This document shows positions 30,220 through 40,412 of a DNA stretch of 64,000 nucleotides, piece by piece. Made by a program: the position numbers and the translations under genes. The stretch lies in IMG/VR virus record IMGVR_UViG_3300031555_001469. One strand, 5' to 3'. This DNA comes from a virus (lineage: Duplodnaviria; Caudoviricetes). Positions within the stretch are counted from its first letter, which is position 1. Every line of letters begins with the position of its first letter. Below the pieces are notes generated by a model. It made no database searches. It was not told the origin of the DNA and saw nothing but the letters and a program-made list of their open reading frames with translations.

Positions 30220-31387
30220 CTTTCTTTACCCACTTTCTCCATTTTAATTTCCATGGCATCTTTTTATACATGCCACTTATTTTCTCTGTGTCATAGCCGA
30301 TATAAGGCATAACTGGCCATTCACCTTCAACAACATCATATGTCTTATTATACACTGGTAGTGTATTACTCTTTTTAGCACCTACGACTCTATTAAAGTC
30401 TGCTAATATATCAGGATTCATATCCTCTACAAAAGCGCATTTAAAGCTTACAGAGAATTTAATGTCTCCTGGTTCTAAAGTTGAAAAACTATCTCTTGGT
30501 ACGCTGGTCGGATATACACCAGTTAACTTAGCCCAATAGAGTATAGTCTCTCCATCATCAGCAACTATAAATTTATATATAGCCATCTGGTCATGGAGTA
30601 TTTTGTTTGTGATATAACTATCATCTGGTGGTGTAATATCACCATTAAATTTTTTTCTCTCATATTCATCATACAATTTAAATAACATGTACACATCTAA
30701 ATTTTTAGTATCTTTGAACTCAAGAGAAAAGTCAAAGTCTGTATCGCTTTTAATCGAATTACCTCTATAGGTAATTACAGATCCATAGATATTTCTTGCA
30801 GTTTCAATTGTATCTGCAGATATACCTGGTAAGTCTAAACTAGAAGATACCGTATTGGACAGGATCTTCATAAATGGACTCTTTGTTGCTGAAGCTTGTA
30901 ATTGTTTAAGTACAGATGGATACCTTTTCTTAGCATCAGTAAATATAGTCATAGCAGCGTATGTTTCTTTTACTGGCTCTAACTTTTCTTTACCAGCTTT
31001 ATCTTTAACAAATCTGTACTCTTGGTCTGATTCTACAGAACCACCACCAAGTTCAGGATTTAATTTTGATAAATTCTTATCTTTAAATATATGCAAATCT
31101 GGTTTTACAAAAAACAAATACTCTCTGCAACCTGTAAGAGTATTGTATGGGTCGAAATATCCGAATCTATTAAATCTATCGAATAATCGAATTTCACTCT
31201 TTTTGTAGAAGTTATTACCCCTCATAAGAGCATTAATTCCTTTGGAAGTTTCAAGACTTCCAAAATTATCTTTTTCATATTTTAATGCTTCTTCCTTAGT
31301 CATAAGTACTCCTTTCTTTAACTTTTTAGCTTTTGTAGAAGACTTCTTAGATAGTGTTTGTATAGCTTTAATATTGGTTTTAGCCAT
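30200..31387 (-). CDS. Tail-tube-fold virion protein (gp19/gp54-like)
   Basis: ILYWAKLTGVYPTSV...IKFSVSFK tube-protein pattern; late motif at 31415-31426. Confidence 0.5.
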   Translation of the reverse strand: MAKTNIKAIQTLSKKSSTKAKKLKKGVLMTKEEALKYEKDNFGSLETSKGINALMRGNNFYKKSEIRLFDRFNRFGYFDPYNTLTGCREYLFFVKPDLHIFKDKNLSKLNPELGGGSVESDQEYRFVKDKAGKEKLEPVKETYAAMTIFTDAKKRYPSVLKQLQASATKSPFMKILSNTVSSSLDLPGISADTIETARNIYGSVITYRGNSIKSDTDFDFSLEFKDTKNLDVYMLFKLYDEYERKKFNGDITPPDDSYITNKILHDQMAIYKFIVADDGETILYWAKLTGVYPTSVPRDSFSTLEPGDIKFSVSFKCAFVEDMNPDILADFNRVVGAKKSNTLPVYNKTYDVVEGEWPVMPYIGYDTEKISGMYKKMPWKLKWRKWVKKDGDDNE

Positions 31388-31476
31388 AGTACCTAATCGC
31401 CTCCCTTCTTGATTTACTCTAATGTTTTCGGGGCCAAAATCTATTAAGATTATATACTATATTTATGATTATAGAA

Positions 31477-31808
31477 ATAAAGGTAACCATTTTTAAAGCT
31501 TAAACATTCCGAATCTATCTGCTATCCAACTTACTAATTTTAATTACTATAATTTAAATAGCGGGGGTAGATAGGAATGAGAAATATTAAAAATGGAGAT
31601 TATTGTGGATTGTCTGGATTTATCACAGGAATGATGTTTGATGATATGAGAAAGGAAAACAGCAGACCAGTTGTAGTTGAGGAACCTAAGACGATCAATG
31701 TAACTATAAATATCAACCTGAACAAAGATGAAAATTTTAGCTATAAGAGTCTAATTAAATCTATTGTGGACAGTTTAAGTTAAAATCTTTAACAGTGGTA
31801 ACCTTTAT
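31477..31808 (+). repeat. 22-nt imperfect inverted repeat enclosing ORF 31577-31783
   Basis: ATAAAGGTAACCATTTTTAAAG (31477-31498) vs reverse complement of 31787-31808, 19/22 identical. Confidence 0.7.
31577..31783 (+). CDS. Small orphan protein (68 aa) with sequestered RBS
   Basis: Early-type motif at 31453; leader pairs with the SD and AUG. Confidence 0.55.
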   Translation: MRNIKNGDYCGLSGFITGMMFDDMRKENSRPVVVEEPKTINVTININLNKDENFSYKSLIKSIVDSLS

Positions 31809-31856
31809 TTTTTCCCAACATACAAGTAAAATTTAAGAAAAGGAGGTATTACTACA

Positions 31857-33332
31857 ATGCCAAATTGTGAAAGAATACATGAAACAGTAATCAGAGATAT
31901 TGTAGATATCATCACTGATATTAAAGATACCGATGAAGTTGACTTTTTCAAGACAAAAAGAAACAATTTGAATTACAGTTCTATTGCAAGCGGAAGTAGC
32001 AATCTTACTCTTGTATTCCCTGTCATTGTTTCGAAAGCAATGGATATCAATACAGCAGCAATGATTTCTAAAGCAATAGAGCGTAAGTGTGTAACTATGT
32101 TACAGATTTTATTTTCAGCTATAAGTGTAAGCGATGCTGAATCCGTAGCAGACTATGTGTCTCAGTTCCATACAAATCTTAAGGTTAAGAATAGTATGGA
32201 TGTAGATGAATTTATTCATATTATGGATAAAATCACTGAAGAATCTGCTGGACTTGTAAAAGTAACAGACAGAGACTTATATGAAGCAGCTAGGGCTGAC
32301 TTAAAGAATCTTAGTATGACTCTTCCTGATAATGTAAACGAAGCTTCTCTTAACGATTTTAAGATCATGGGATCTGGAAACTTAGGTCAGAGAACTATTA
32401 TGCAGGAAGCACCGACATTCCTTGGTGACCTTGCATCACATGGATTACAGGGTGACATATTAAATAAACTTGGTACTGGTGTAGGTAATAGTAACTCAAC
32501 TAATGCAAATACTAGAAGTAATTCTGGTCGAAATAATTCTGGTAGAGGTACTACTAATAATACCCATAATACTACTATCAATAATTATAATGGTGGTGGT
32601 AGAAATGATGGAAATAATGCCGTTAATGTAGCTAAAACGAATATGGACATGATGAGAAACCAGATCGTTGATACAGAGATTAAGAAAGCTAACGAATTAA
32701 TTCCAACGATGATGATCGTAAACTTTGTTTCTAAACAGAAAGATGGTTCTGCGATTGCTATTGATAATGCATATATTGGTGTCAAAGCTAAAATGTATGC
32801 TGTAGATTCTATGGATATTTGTAATAGAATCACTGTTAAGAATAAAGACAGAAATGGATTATTTAATTTAGTAAGAGCAACAACAAGAGAAATTTCTTTC
32901 TTTAGAGATTTCTTATTTGCTATTGACAAAGCTAAGTTAGATGCTTTATCTAGTTCTGGTAGAGGAGAGTCTTCTAAGTTATGGAAGGTTCTTGAAAGAC
33001 GTTCTACTAAATCTAAGATTCGTAGAACAATCGGTAGAACTGCTAATGATGCTTCTGCTATTTCTACTCTGGTAATTACTCAGAATGAAGTAGAATATCT
33101 GAAGACAACAGAATCTATTGATATGACAAATCCTGCAACTGTTAGAGGAATTATGGAATCATATAATCTCATGGGATTTGTAATTGCTGACGAAGCTGCA
33201 GAATCTGTTGATTTCCTTTTTGATACTGGTGATGATGTGTTCGAAACTCTTTCTTTCAACCACTTAGAAAGAGAAACATCTGACGGTTCTTATAAGAAGG
33301 TAGTCAACCTTATGACTAAATTTGCAAGATAG
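31857..33332 (+). CDS. Virion structural protein with Asn/Gly low-complexity insert
   Basis: Late motif at 31817; head-protein cluster. Confidence 0.6.
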   Translation: MPNCERIHETVIRDIVDIITDIKDTDEVDFFKTKRNNLNYSSIASGSSNLTLVFPVIVSKAMDINTAAMISKAIERKCVTMLQILFSAISVSDAESVADYVSQFHTNLKVKNSMDVDEFIHIMDKITEESAGLVKVTDRDLYEAARADLKNLSMTLPDNVNEASLNDFKIMGSGNLGQRTIMQEAPTFLGDLASHGLQGDILNKLGTGVGNSNSTNANTRSNSGRNNSGRGTTNNTHNTTINNYNGGGRNDGNNAVNVAKTNMDMMRNQIVDTEIKKANELIPTMMIVNFVSKQKDGSAIAIDNAYIGVKAKMYAVDSMDICNRITVKNKDRNGLFNLVRATTREISFFRDFLFAIDKAKLDALSSSGRGESSKLWKVLERRSTKSKIRRTIGRTANDASAISTLVITQNEVEYLKTTESIDMTNPATVRGIMESYNLMGFVIADEAAESVDFLFDTGDDVFETLSFNHLERETSDGSYKKVVNLMTKFAR

Positions 33333-33344
33333 GAGGATTAGGAT

Positions 33345-34367
33345 ATGTATGATACATTTAGATCTCCTGAGTTTACAAGAGCAATGAATGAATACTTTGA
33401 TCTTCAGGATAGTAAGACAAGAAAAATTCTCCTTGCTGTAAACGAAGCTGACCAGAATAAAATTCTTACATCATTAACCTCCAAGTTGTATGATAATATC
33501 ATCGACAAGGTTGATGAGATTGACTTTGGTGATATTCCTGCTACTAAGGGTGATATCACTAAGTTACTAAACTACACAAAGATCATTGAATCTGCTAATC
33601 TTATTAGAAGCATTTTGCAGAACTATGGAGAGAAGACTGATTCGGTTGATACATTAATAGACGCTATTGCTAATATTGAGTCTAGAAAAGCTATGTTTAC
33701 CAGAGCTTACCAGCTCAATGTAGAAATGCCTATTATTTTTTATAACACAATGGCACTGTCTGCAGTTAATGGTTTATCCTATTTGATTGCAGCTGTTATT
33801 GATTATATCAAAACACCTAATGAAGATGGCTTTAAGATTTCTTTAAATAAGGTTGCTATTGCTAAAGTTCAGCAGGGCATTTTATTTGAAAATCTTGAAA
33901 AGTTCAATGCTTCTTGTAAGAAGGGTGAATTTGATAAGGCTATGGACTATGTAATTTCTCAGAATGTGAAGAACTTTACTGGTGTAGAAATTGGAGCAGC
34001 GGCTGGGATTGCTCTTGCAATTGGTTTGATTTTGAATATCATTCCAATCATTAGAGAACTCATCTTCTTCTTCTATTATACCAGAACAACAACTGCACAG
34101 TATTTTGAAGCACAGTCCAAATTACTTGAGATGAATGCTTATTCTCTCGAATTAAGATCCACAATGGATAAAGAAAAGAGAGATAGAGTTATTAAGAAGC
34201 AGCTTAGAGTAGCTGACACATTTAGAAAGATTTCTAACTTCTTTATGGTTGATGCTAAGAAGGCTGAACAGCAGGCTACAAAGGATTTAGTAGCCACTAA
34301 TAAGAAAATGAAAGCAGATGATGTAATGGATTCCGTACCAGATTCTGCTACAGATACGTTATTTTAG
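33345..34367 (+). CDS. Virion structural protein with hydrophobic segment
   Basis: IGAAAGIALAIGLILNIIPIIRELIFFFYY segment; cotranscribed with 31857. Confidence 0.55.
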   Translation: MYDTFRSPEFTRAMNEYFDLQDSKTRKILLAVNEADQNKILTSLTSKLYDNIIDKVDEIDFGDIPATKGDITKLLNYTKIIESANLIRSILQNYGEKTDSVDTLIDAIANIESRKAMFTRAYQLNVEMPIIFYNTMALSAVNGLSYLIAAVIDYIKTPNEDGFKISLNKVAIAKVQQGILFENLEKFNASCKKGEFDKAMDYVISQNVKNFTGVEIGAAAGIALAIGLILNIIPIIRELIFFFYYTRTTTAQYFEAQSKLLEMNAYSLELRSTMDKEKRDRVIKKQLRVADTFRKISNFFMVDAKKAEQQATKDLVATNKKMKADDVMDSVPDSATDTLF

Positions 34368-34470
34368 ACTTTGTTAGAAGTCAAATATTAAACATAAAAG
34401 TAAATCTAGGGAAGCCGATCACTAAGGCTCTTAGAAAATATCTTATATCAATAAAAGGAGGACAATTGTA

Positions 34471-35550
34471 ATGGGACTTTATTCCAACAATAGAACTTAT
34501 TTAAGTGATGTTGACGTTCCTGCATTAGAAGGATACAACGGTAATGTTGGTATTGCTACTGCTATGCTGGAAGCGACACAGGAAGATTTAAAGTTCTTCG
34601 ATATGATTATCGCAAGAGATTTCCAGGAAGCTGAAATGAATGTTTCTGGTTATACAAACGAGGCAGAGATGTCCGTTATTACAGAAGGTGCTTTAGCAAA
34701 TGCTTGGACTAAGATTAAGGAATTCTTAAAGAAGTTACTTGCTAAGGTTAAGGCTATTTTCTCTTCTATCATGGCTAAGATCAATGGTACTATTATCAGT
34801 GATAACAAGAAGCTTGTAGAGAAGTATAAGAAGGCCGTATTATCCAAGAACCTGAAGGATATGAAGTATAAGTGGGCTAATGAGACTGGTAAAACATTTG
34901 ATTACATGGCATGTAATAAAGAGTATAGCCAGGATTTAGCTCATATTGCAAATGCTAGTACCGTAGATGCAGTTACTGCATATATGGAAAAGCATGAAGA
35001 CGATATGATTGACGCATATTACAGTGCTCTTATTGGTAGTAATATTGAAGCAGGAGATTTTGCTAAGGAAGCACATGAACTCTTCTTTGATGAAGTAGAG
35101 GAAATGGATGAAGGTGCAGAATCCCTTAAGACTACCGTTATGTCTGATTTGATGAGTTGTAAGAAGGAACTCTCTGAATTAGAAAAGAAACAGAGAGAAA
35201 TTGAAAAGAAGATCGCAGATGAGATCAAAGCTGCAGATAAGAGAGCTTCTGAAGCAGCTAAAAAGGTTCCTGCGAAGGATGGTTCTGCATCCGATGCCGA
35301 TAAGCTTGAATTGGCAAAGGCTAATGCAGAATACAGAGTCCATGTTAAATATCAGACTGTTATATTAGCAGCAAATAGAGAATTAATCAATGCATGTAAG
35401 TTTAGTATTTCTCAGAATAGAGCATTCTTTACAAAGGCTGCAGCTTATAACCCAAAGGCTAAGAATGAAAGCGTTGAATTATTCGATGCTATCGACGAAG
35501 CTGTTGAATTTGATGTAGAGTCTACATTTGCAGACTATACATTAGCATAA
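34471..35550 (+). CDS. Internal head (ejection-type) protein, paralog 1
   Basis: Acidic N-terminal propeptide, VITE|G, then amphipathic helix AWTKIKEFLKKLLAKVKAIF. Confidence 0.65.
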   Translation: MGLYSNNRTYLSDVDVPALEGYNGNVGIATAMLEATQEDLKFFDMIIARDFQEAEMNVSGYTNEAEMSVITEGALANAWTKIKEFLKKLLAKVKAIFSSIMAKINGTIISDNKKLVEKYKKAVLSKNLKDMKYKWANETGKTFDYMACNKEYSQDLAHIANASTVDAVTAYMEKHEDDMIDAYYSALIGSNIEAGDFAKEAHELFFDEVEEMDEGAESLKTTVMSDLMSCKKELSELEKKQREIEKKIADEIKAADKRASEAAKKVPAKDGSASDADKLELAKANAEYRVHVKYQTVILAANRELINACKFSISQNRAFFTKAAAYNPKAKNESVELFDAIDEAVEFDVESTFADYTLA

Positions 35551-35570
35551 TAAAATAGGAGGTAACAGCA

Positions 35571-36659
35571 ATGGGATTATATTCTTCTAAGAATAATTAT
35601 AGCTATAGCGATGCTGTAGCAATTGATTTAGATACAGTTGAAGAATCCAAGTTTGGTTCTTTCGACGAAGCAGCTATTATGGCTGTAGTAGAGTCCGAGC
35701 AGAACTACAATAGCCTTATGAAGGCTGTAGGTATTGCAGAACTCAATTTCCTTGAAGAAAATGGTACAGATATGGTTTACACCGAAGGTACTGTTGGTGG
35801 ATTCTTTGCAAAGCTCAAGGAATTCTTCAAGAAGATTATCGCAAAGGTAGCTTCTGTATTGAAGGCTTTCTTTGCTAAGATTGATTCTTTCACTAAGAGT
35901 GATAAGGATTTCTTAAATAAGTATCGTAAGGATTTAACTAAGTTAAACCTTAAGGATATGAAGGTAAATGGTTATACATTTACAATTGGTGCAAGTGCTG
36001 TTAAGTCTAAAGATGATATTGCTGGTGCAGTTAAAACTAAGTTAGGTGTAACTGGTGATCTTAAGACTGCTGCTGATGGTCTGGATGATGCTAAGCTTGA
36101 AGCTCTGCTTGCTGCAGATGACGATGATGCTTACGAAACATTCTTAGACAACTTTAGAAAAGGTTTAATCGGAGCAAGTTCTGCTATTGAAGCTGGTGAG
36201 TTTGCTAAGGAACTGTATGAGCACTTTAGAAATGGTGAATCTTCTAAGGAAGAGATCGATGTTGATATTGTTGCTCAGATGCAGGTTCTTGCTAAGTATG
36301 CTGATACTAAGAAGCAGGCAGAAAAGGCATTTAGAGATATTGAAAAGGCATGTAACGAAGTAGTTAAGGATCTTGAGAAGGCAGAAAAGGCTCTTCTTAA
36401 TGAGAAGAAGTCCGATGCTGCTGAACAGAAGTCTCAGGGCTTAAAGGTTCGTGCTGTTAATACTATCACTAAGTACTTTAAGGGTGCTATGGGATGTAAT
36501 ACAACTTACTTTGGTGCTTATCTTCAGGCTCTTAAGGATGAGTCCAGACAGGCTAAGGCTATCTGTGTTAAGGCTCTGACTTATAAGCCAAAGAATGAAA
36601 GTGCTGGCGTTGACTACGGTACTACAGGATCTTTCCTGGAGAACGTTGAGTTCAACTAA
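35571..36659 (+). CDS. Internal head protein, paralog 2
   Basis: MGLYS start, VYTE|G...FFAKLKEFFKKIIAKV, IEAGEFAKE and KNES shared with paralog 1. Confidence 0.65.
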   Translation: MGLYSSKNNYSYSDAVAIDLDTVEESKFGSFDEAAIMAVVESEQNYNSLMKAVGIAELNFLEENGTDMVYTEGTVGGFFAKLKEFFKKIIAKVASVLKAFFAKIDSFTKSDKDFLNKYRKDLTKLNLKDMKVNGYTFTIGASAVKSKDDIAGAVKTKLGVTGDLKTAADGLDDAKLEALLAADDDDAYETFLDNFRKGLIGASSAIEAGEFAKELYEHFRNGESSKEEIDVDIVAQMQVLAKYADTKKQAEKAFRDIEKACNEVVKDLEKAEKALLNEKKSDAAEQKSQGLKVRAVNTITKYFKGAMGCNTTYFGAYLQALKDESRQAKAICVKALTYKPKNESAGVDYGTTGSFLENVEFN

Positions 36660-36681
36660 TCAGTAAATTAGTACCTTATTG

Positions 36682-36710
36682 GTGAGGATGTACTAAAGGT
36701 ACATCCTCAC
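36682..36710 (+). terminator. Intrinsic terminator
   Basis: GTGAGGATGTAC-taaag-GTACATCCTCAC-ttta. Confidence 0.75.
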
Positions 36711-36738
36711 TTTATTATACTATAGGAGGTAAATAAAT

Positions 36739-39108
36739 ATGTCTACAATTTTAGGAGCAAACCCTTTAGGATTTGTAGTAAATGAATCCTCCTTGTTAGA
36801 TCTTGATTCCGTTATGCTTTCTGAAGAAAGTACCTATTTGTCTGAGACACTTAGATTTATTCAGGAATGCAATAGAGAATTTGACGAAGCTAATAAGGGA
36901 TGGTATAAATCTATATTAGAATCTGGAAATGACCAGGAAGTTATTACTGAATCTTTCCATAGTTTCTTTGTAAAGGTTAAAGATATCATTGATAAGTTTA
37001 TTGCTTACATTAAGTCTTTAGCAGAAAGATTCGTTACTGCTATTATGAGTATCAGTAAGAATGATAACTATATCAAGAAACACAAAGATGATTTAAAGAA
37101 GTTCGTTAACTCTAAAGACGAATTTGATTACGAAGGATACAAATTTACATTTGATCCTAACGTTCCTGTATGTGAAGTCGGTGCACAATTCACTCAGGAA
37201 TTTATTGAGTTAAAGATGTTAGGTGATGAAGTACTTAATGCTGATGACATTGCAGTTTCAATGAAGACTGTATATGATAACTTAATTAAGAAATTAGAGA
37301 ATGGTTTCTATGATGCGTTTAGAAAAGAAGTGCTGAATGTATCTAGAGATATATCTCAGTCTGACTTTGCTAATGAATGCTTCAGTGTATTTAGAGACAA
37401 TACTTCTGATAAGGAGAATATTACAATAAATGCTGAGTATGTAAATTCTGCATATCTTAGATTTACTAATTATTCTGATATGAAGAAGGATGTGGAAGGT
37501 ATCAAGAAGAGACTTGTAAAAGAGTATGAAGCTGTAAGAAAGCAGATTCTTGAAATCTCTAAGTCAAACTACACAGGTACCACAACTACAACTGATATTA
37601 ATCTTCCTGGTAACCAGATGACAGCTGTAACCCTTGCTGCAGAATCTGCTAAGTATTTAGATCTGTATATTAAGGCTAAGTCTGATCAGGTTCAGGAAAT
37701 GTCTAATATCCACGCAATTGCATTTGCATGTAAGTTAGATGCTATGAAGGCTGCTTTTGTACAGGATAAGACTATTCTTTATAAGGCTTTATCCAAGTGC
37801 CAAAGAGTTCATAACGAAGCTAACTATACTGACTATACCAAGGAATTCGAATATGCTTCTTTCTTAATGGAAAGCTTAGAGAATCAGAAGAGTATGGAAA
37901 GATATATTAAAGAATGCTGTATTATCAGTGAGGGTGTTGATGTATATGAAAGAATTCATGCTCTCAATGAAGGTGTTATTGGTGATAAGTTTAAGAAGTT
38001 TGTAGATTGGATTAAGGGCTTAATTGCTAAATTCATCGAAAAGCTTACTGGCTTATTTGCTAAAGATAAGACTTACCTTGAGAAATATAAGAATATTATC
38101 TTAGGTAAGAAGTTTAAGGAAACTACATTCTCTATGCCTGATTATTTTACAGGTATTCAGAGAATTGTTAAGACCGGTGTGCCACAGTTCAATTATATGT
38201 CTCAGGAAAAACTCTTAGCCGGTGAAAATGGAGAATTTGCTAAGTCTATTATTCAGGAATATAATCCTGCTAATTATGACTCTTTCTCCGCTTTCTGTAA
38301 GGAGTACTTCCAGGGAAGTAAAGAGAATAAGGATTATACTGGTGCTCAGATTGGGGCAAATATTAAAGATATTTATGACTTCTGCTATGACTATAAGAAG
38401 ATTGAAGATCAGATTAAGAAAGATCAGAACACAATTCTTAGTGGTGCTAAAAAGGCAGAAGATGTTTTAGTTAAAGCTTCCAAAGAAAATGAAGCTAATA
38501 GAACTCAGGCAGCTAATACAAATCAAACACAGGACAATGCTGCTAAACAGGAATCTATCACATACTCTGCGGTATATGATAGATTCTTTACTGAAGCAGA
38601 TGATGAAAAACCTGGTTTAGATATTAAAGCTCCTGAGAATAAACCAGAAGAAACAAGTAATAACAATGATAAGAGTGCTAAAGCTAACCTTAACAATATA
38701 TCCGATAAGGGTACAGAAGTTAAGAATGATAGTGATGAAGCTAAGGCTAATGCAGCTGGTCAGGAAGTTAAGCAGATTACTGAAAATACTAAGAGATATA
38801 CAGATGTCTGCGGTTCCTTATTGACAGCTAAATTAACCATCATTGAAAAGATTAGAGCTGACTTTATGAAGATCATTAGATACCACGTACAGAGCTATGT
38901 TGGTACTAAGGATGATAGAGGCGATAACAGAGGTGCGGATGCAGCCGGATCTGATTATCGTTCCGATGAGAAGAGACAGCAGAGCCAGGATAGCTCAGAT
39001 AATACTGAAAAGTCTGGAGATGCAGGCGAAAAGAAAAAAGGTCTCATCGATAAGGTTAAAGACGCACTTCCAGGAAAAACAAAAGCTACAAAACAGGCTG
39101 TTAAATAA
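36739..39108 (+). CDS. Internal head protein, paralog 3 (two tandem domains)
   Basis: VITE|SFHSFFVKVKDIIDKFI and ALNE|GVIGDKFKKFVDWIKGLIAKF repeats of the same module. Confidence 0.6.
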   Translation: MSTILGANPLGFVVNESSLLDLDSVMLSEESTYLSETLRFIQECNREFDEANKGWYKSILESGNDQEVITESFHSFFVKVKDIIDKFIAYIKSLAERFVTAIMSISKNDNYIKKHKDDLKKFVNSKDEFDYEGYKFTFDPNVPVCEVGAQFTQEFIELKMLGDEVLNADDIAVSMKTVYDNLIKKLENGFYDAFRKEVLNVSRDISQSDFANECFSVFRDNTSDKENITINAEYVNSAYLRFTNYSDMKKDVEGIKKRLVKEYEAVRKQILEISKSNYTGTTTTTDINLPGNQMTAVTLAAESAKYLDLYIKAKSDQVQEMSNIHAIAFACKLDAMKAAFVQDKTILYKALSKCQRVHNEANYTDYTKEFEYASFLMESLENQKSMERYIKECCIISEGVDVYERIHALNEGVIGDKFKKFVDWIKGLIAKFIEKLTGLFAKDKTYLEKYKNIILGKKFKETTFSMPDYFTGIQRIVKTGVPQFNYMSQEKLLAGENGEFAKSIIQEYNPANYDSFSAFCKEYFQGSKENKDYTGAQIGANIKDIYDFCYDYKKIEDQIKKDQNTILSGAKKAEDVLVKASKENEANRTQAANTNQTQDNAAKQESITYSAVYDRFFTEADDEKPGLDIKAPENKPEETSNNNDKSAKANLNNISDKGTEVKNDSDEAKANAAGQEVKQITENTKRYTDVCGSLLTAKLTIIEKIRADFMKIIRYHVQSYVGTKDDRGDNRGADAAGSDYRSDEKRQQSQDSSDNTEKSGDAGEKKKGLIDKVKDALPGKTKATKQAVK

Positions 39109-39118
39109 ACAAAATTTA

Positions 39119-39148
39119 TCCCGTAGGATCATAGAGATCCTACGGGAC
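39119..39148. terminator. Bidirectional terminator (TCCCGTA family)
   Basis: TCCCGTAGGATC-ataga-GATCCTACGGGA. Confidence 0.8.
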
Positions 39149-39151
39149 ATT

Positions 39152-40351
39152 TTATGGTTTAATTCTAAATGAAAGCAAAGTATTCAATTCAAAATCCTGA
39201 TCGTCTCTTGTAAAGATGTCTACTTTCCTAGATAATAAAAAGTCTCCATCTAAATCAGAATGAGAATCAAAGTTTCTGATTACATATCTCTTATTAATAT
39301 TCAGTACAGATGTATCTAAGCCTACTTTATTCATAGTAAAAGTAATAGCTGCAGAATCAATATCTCCCTGAATATTAGCAAGCATATTTGTATTATTATT
39401 GCTTATCCTTACAATAGATTTCTTTTCATTAGAATACTGGGACTTATTTACTTTAAGTTCAGTATCCTTCTTATCACCTGCTGTTGTTGTAGCAGTTAAA
39501 GACGTATAAGACTTTTCTAATGTTTGATTCCTTTTCAAATCAGTATCTATTGATGCTACATTAATCTGGTAATTCTTTTGTGACTTATTGATATACATTC
39601 CGTCATGTTCCTGTGTATCCTTCAATACATCTTCTACTACAATAAGAACAGAAGTAATCGTTTCGCCTGCTGCTGGAACCTCCTTATTAGCAGAAGATAC
39701 GAGATAGCTTCTATCGAAATCCATAAAGAACCTATATGATGTCTTATAGAGTACACATAAAGAATTTAAATAGCTTATTAATTCAGATATACTATTTACT
39801 GACTGAATTAACTGCTTATCATAAGCTTCATTATAATCTAACTTTTCCATTACTAAATTTAATTTTTTAGTATAGAGTTTGATTATGTCATTAGGAGTAC
39901 CTGATATAGATGTACCTAATGCAAGAGCTTTGTTATTATTAATTACATCTAAAGGCATAAGTCCTAATGTAATCAATTTATATTTATCGCCAGTATTCTC
40001 ATCACCTGCATACTGTAATTTGTCAAGATAGTTTAAATCTTCATTTAAGAAGTATGTGCATTTACATTCTAATGCTTTTTCTTTCAGAGTTATATCAGCT
40101 TCTACCTTCTTATATATTCTAAGAATGATAGTATCTGTTTTATAATTCTTAATCAATTCGTCTATTGTTTTTGTTTCTAGAGCTAAATATGCGAATATCA
40201 TTGGCATATTGAATTTGTCGTAGTCTCTATCTATAACAATAGACTTCACTTGTTCTGGCATAAGAGTAGTAGACTTATTAGTTTTTTCGTTTATATAAAC
40301 CACTTCAATCTCATATCTATACTCAAGTAAAACAGCTTTACTAGCAGCCAT
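39152..40351 (-). CDS. Putative baseplate hub-like structural protein
   Basis: Beta-rich 399 aa with gp27/gpD-like layout (IDRDYDKFNMPM...YRFFMDFDRSYL...GDFLLSRK); weak evidence. Confidence 0.4.
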   Translation of the reverse strand: MAASKAVLLEYRYEIEVVYINEKTNKSTTLMPEQVKSIVIDRDYDKFNMPMIFAYLALETKTIDELIKNYKTDTIILRIYKKVEADITLKEKALECKCTYFLNEDLNYLDKLQYAGDENTGDKYKLITLGLMPLDVINNNKALALGTSISGTPNDIIKLYTKKLNLVMEKLDYNEAYDKQLIQSVNSISELISYLNSLCVLYKTSYRFFMDFDRSYLVSSANKEVPAAGETITSVLIVVEDVLKDTQEHDGMYINKSQKNYQINVASIDTDLKRNQTLEKSYTSLTATTTAGDKKDTELKVNKSQYSNEKKSIVRISNNNTNMLANIQGDIDSAAITFTMNKVGLDTSVLNINKRYVIRNFDSHSDLDGDFLLSRKVDIFTRDDQDFELNTLLSFRIKP

Positions 40352-40412
40352 AATTTAACCTCCTTTACAAAAAATAAAAGGCAATGAAAGTAAACTCTCA
40401 CTGCCTCCTATT

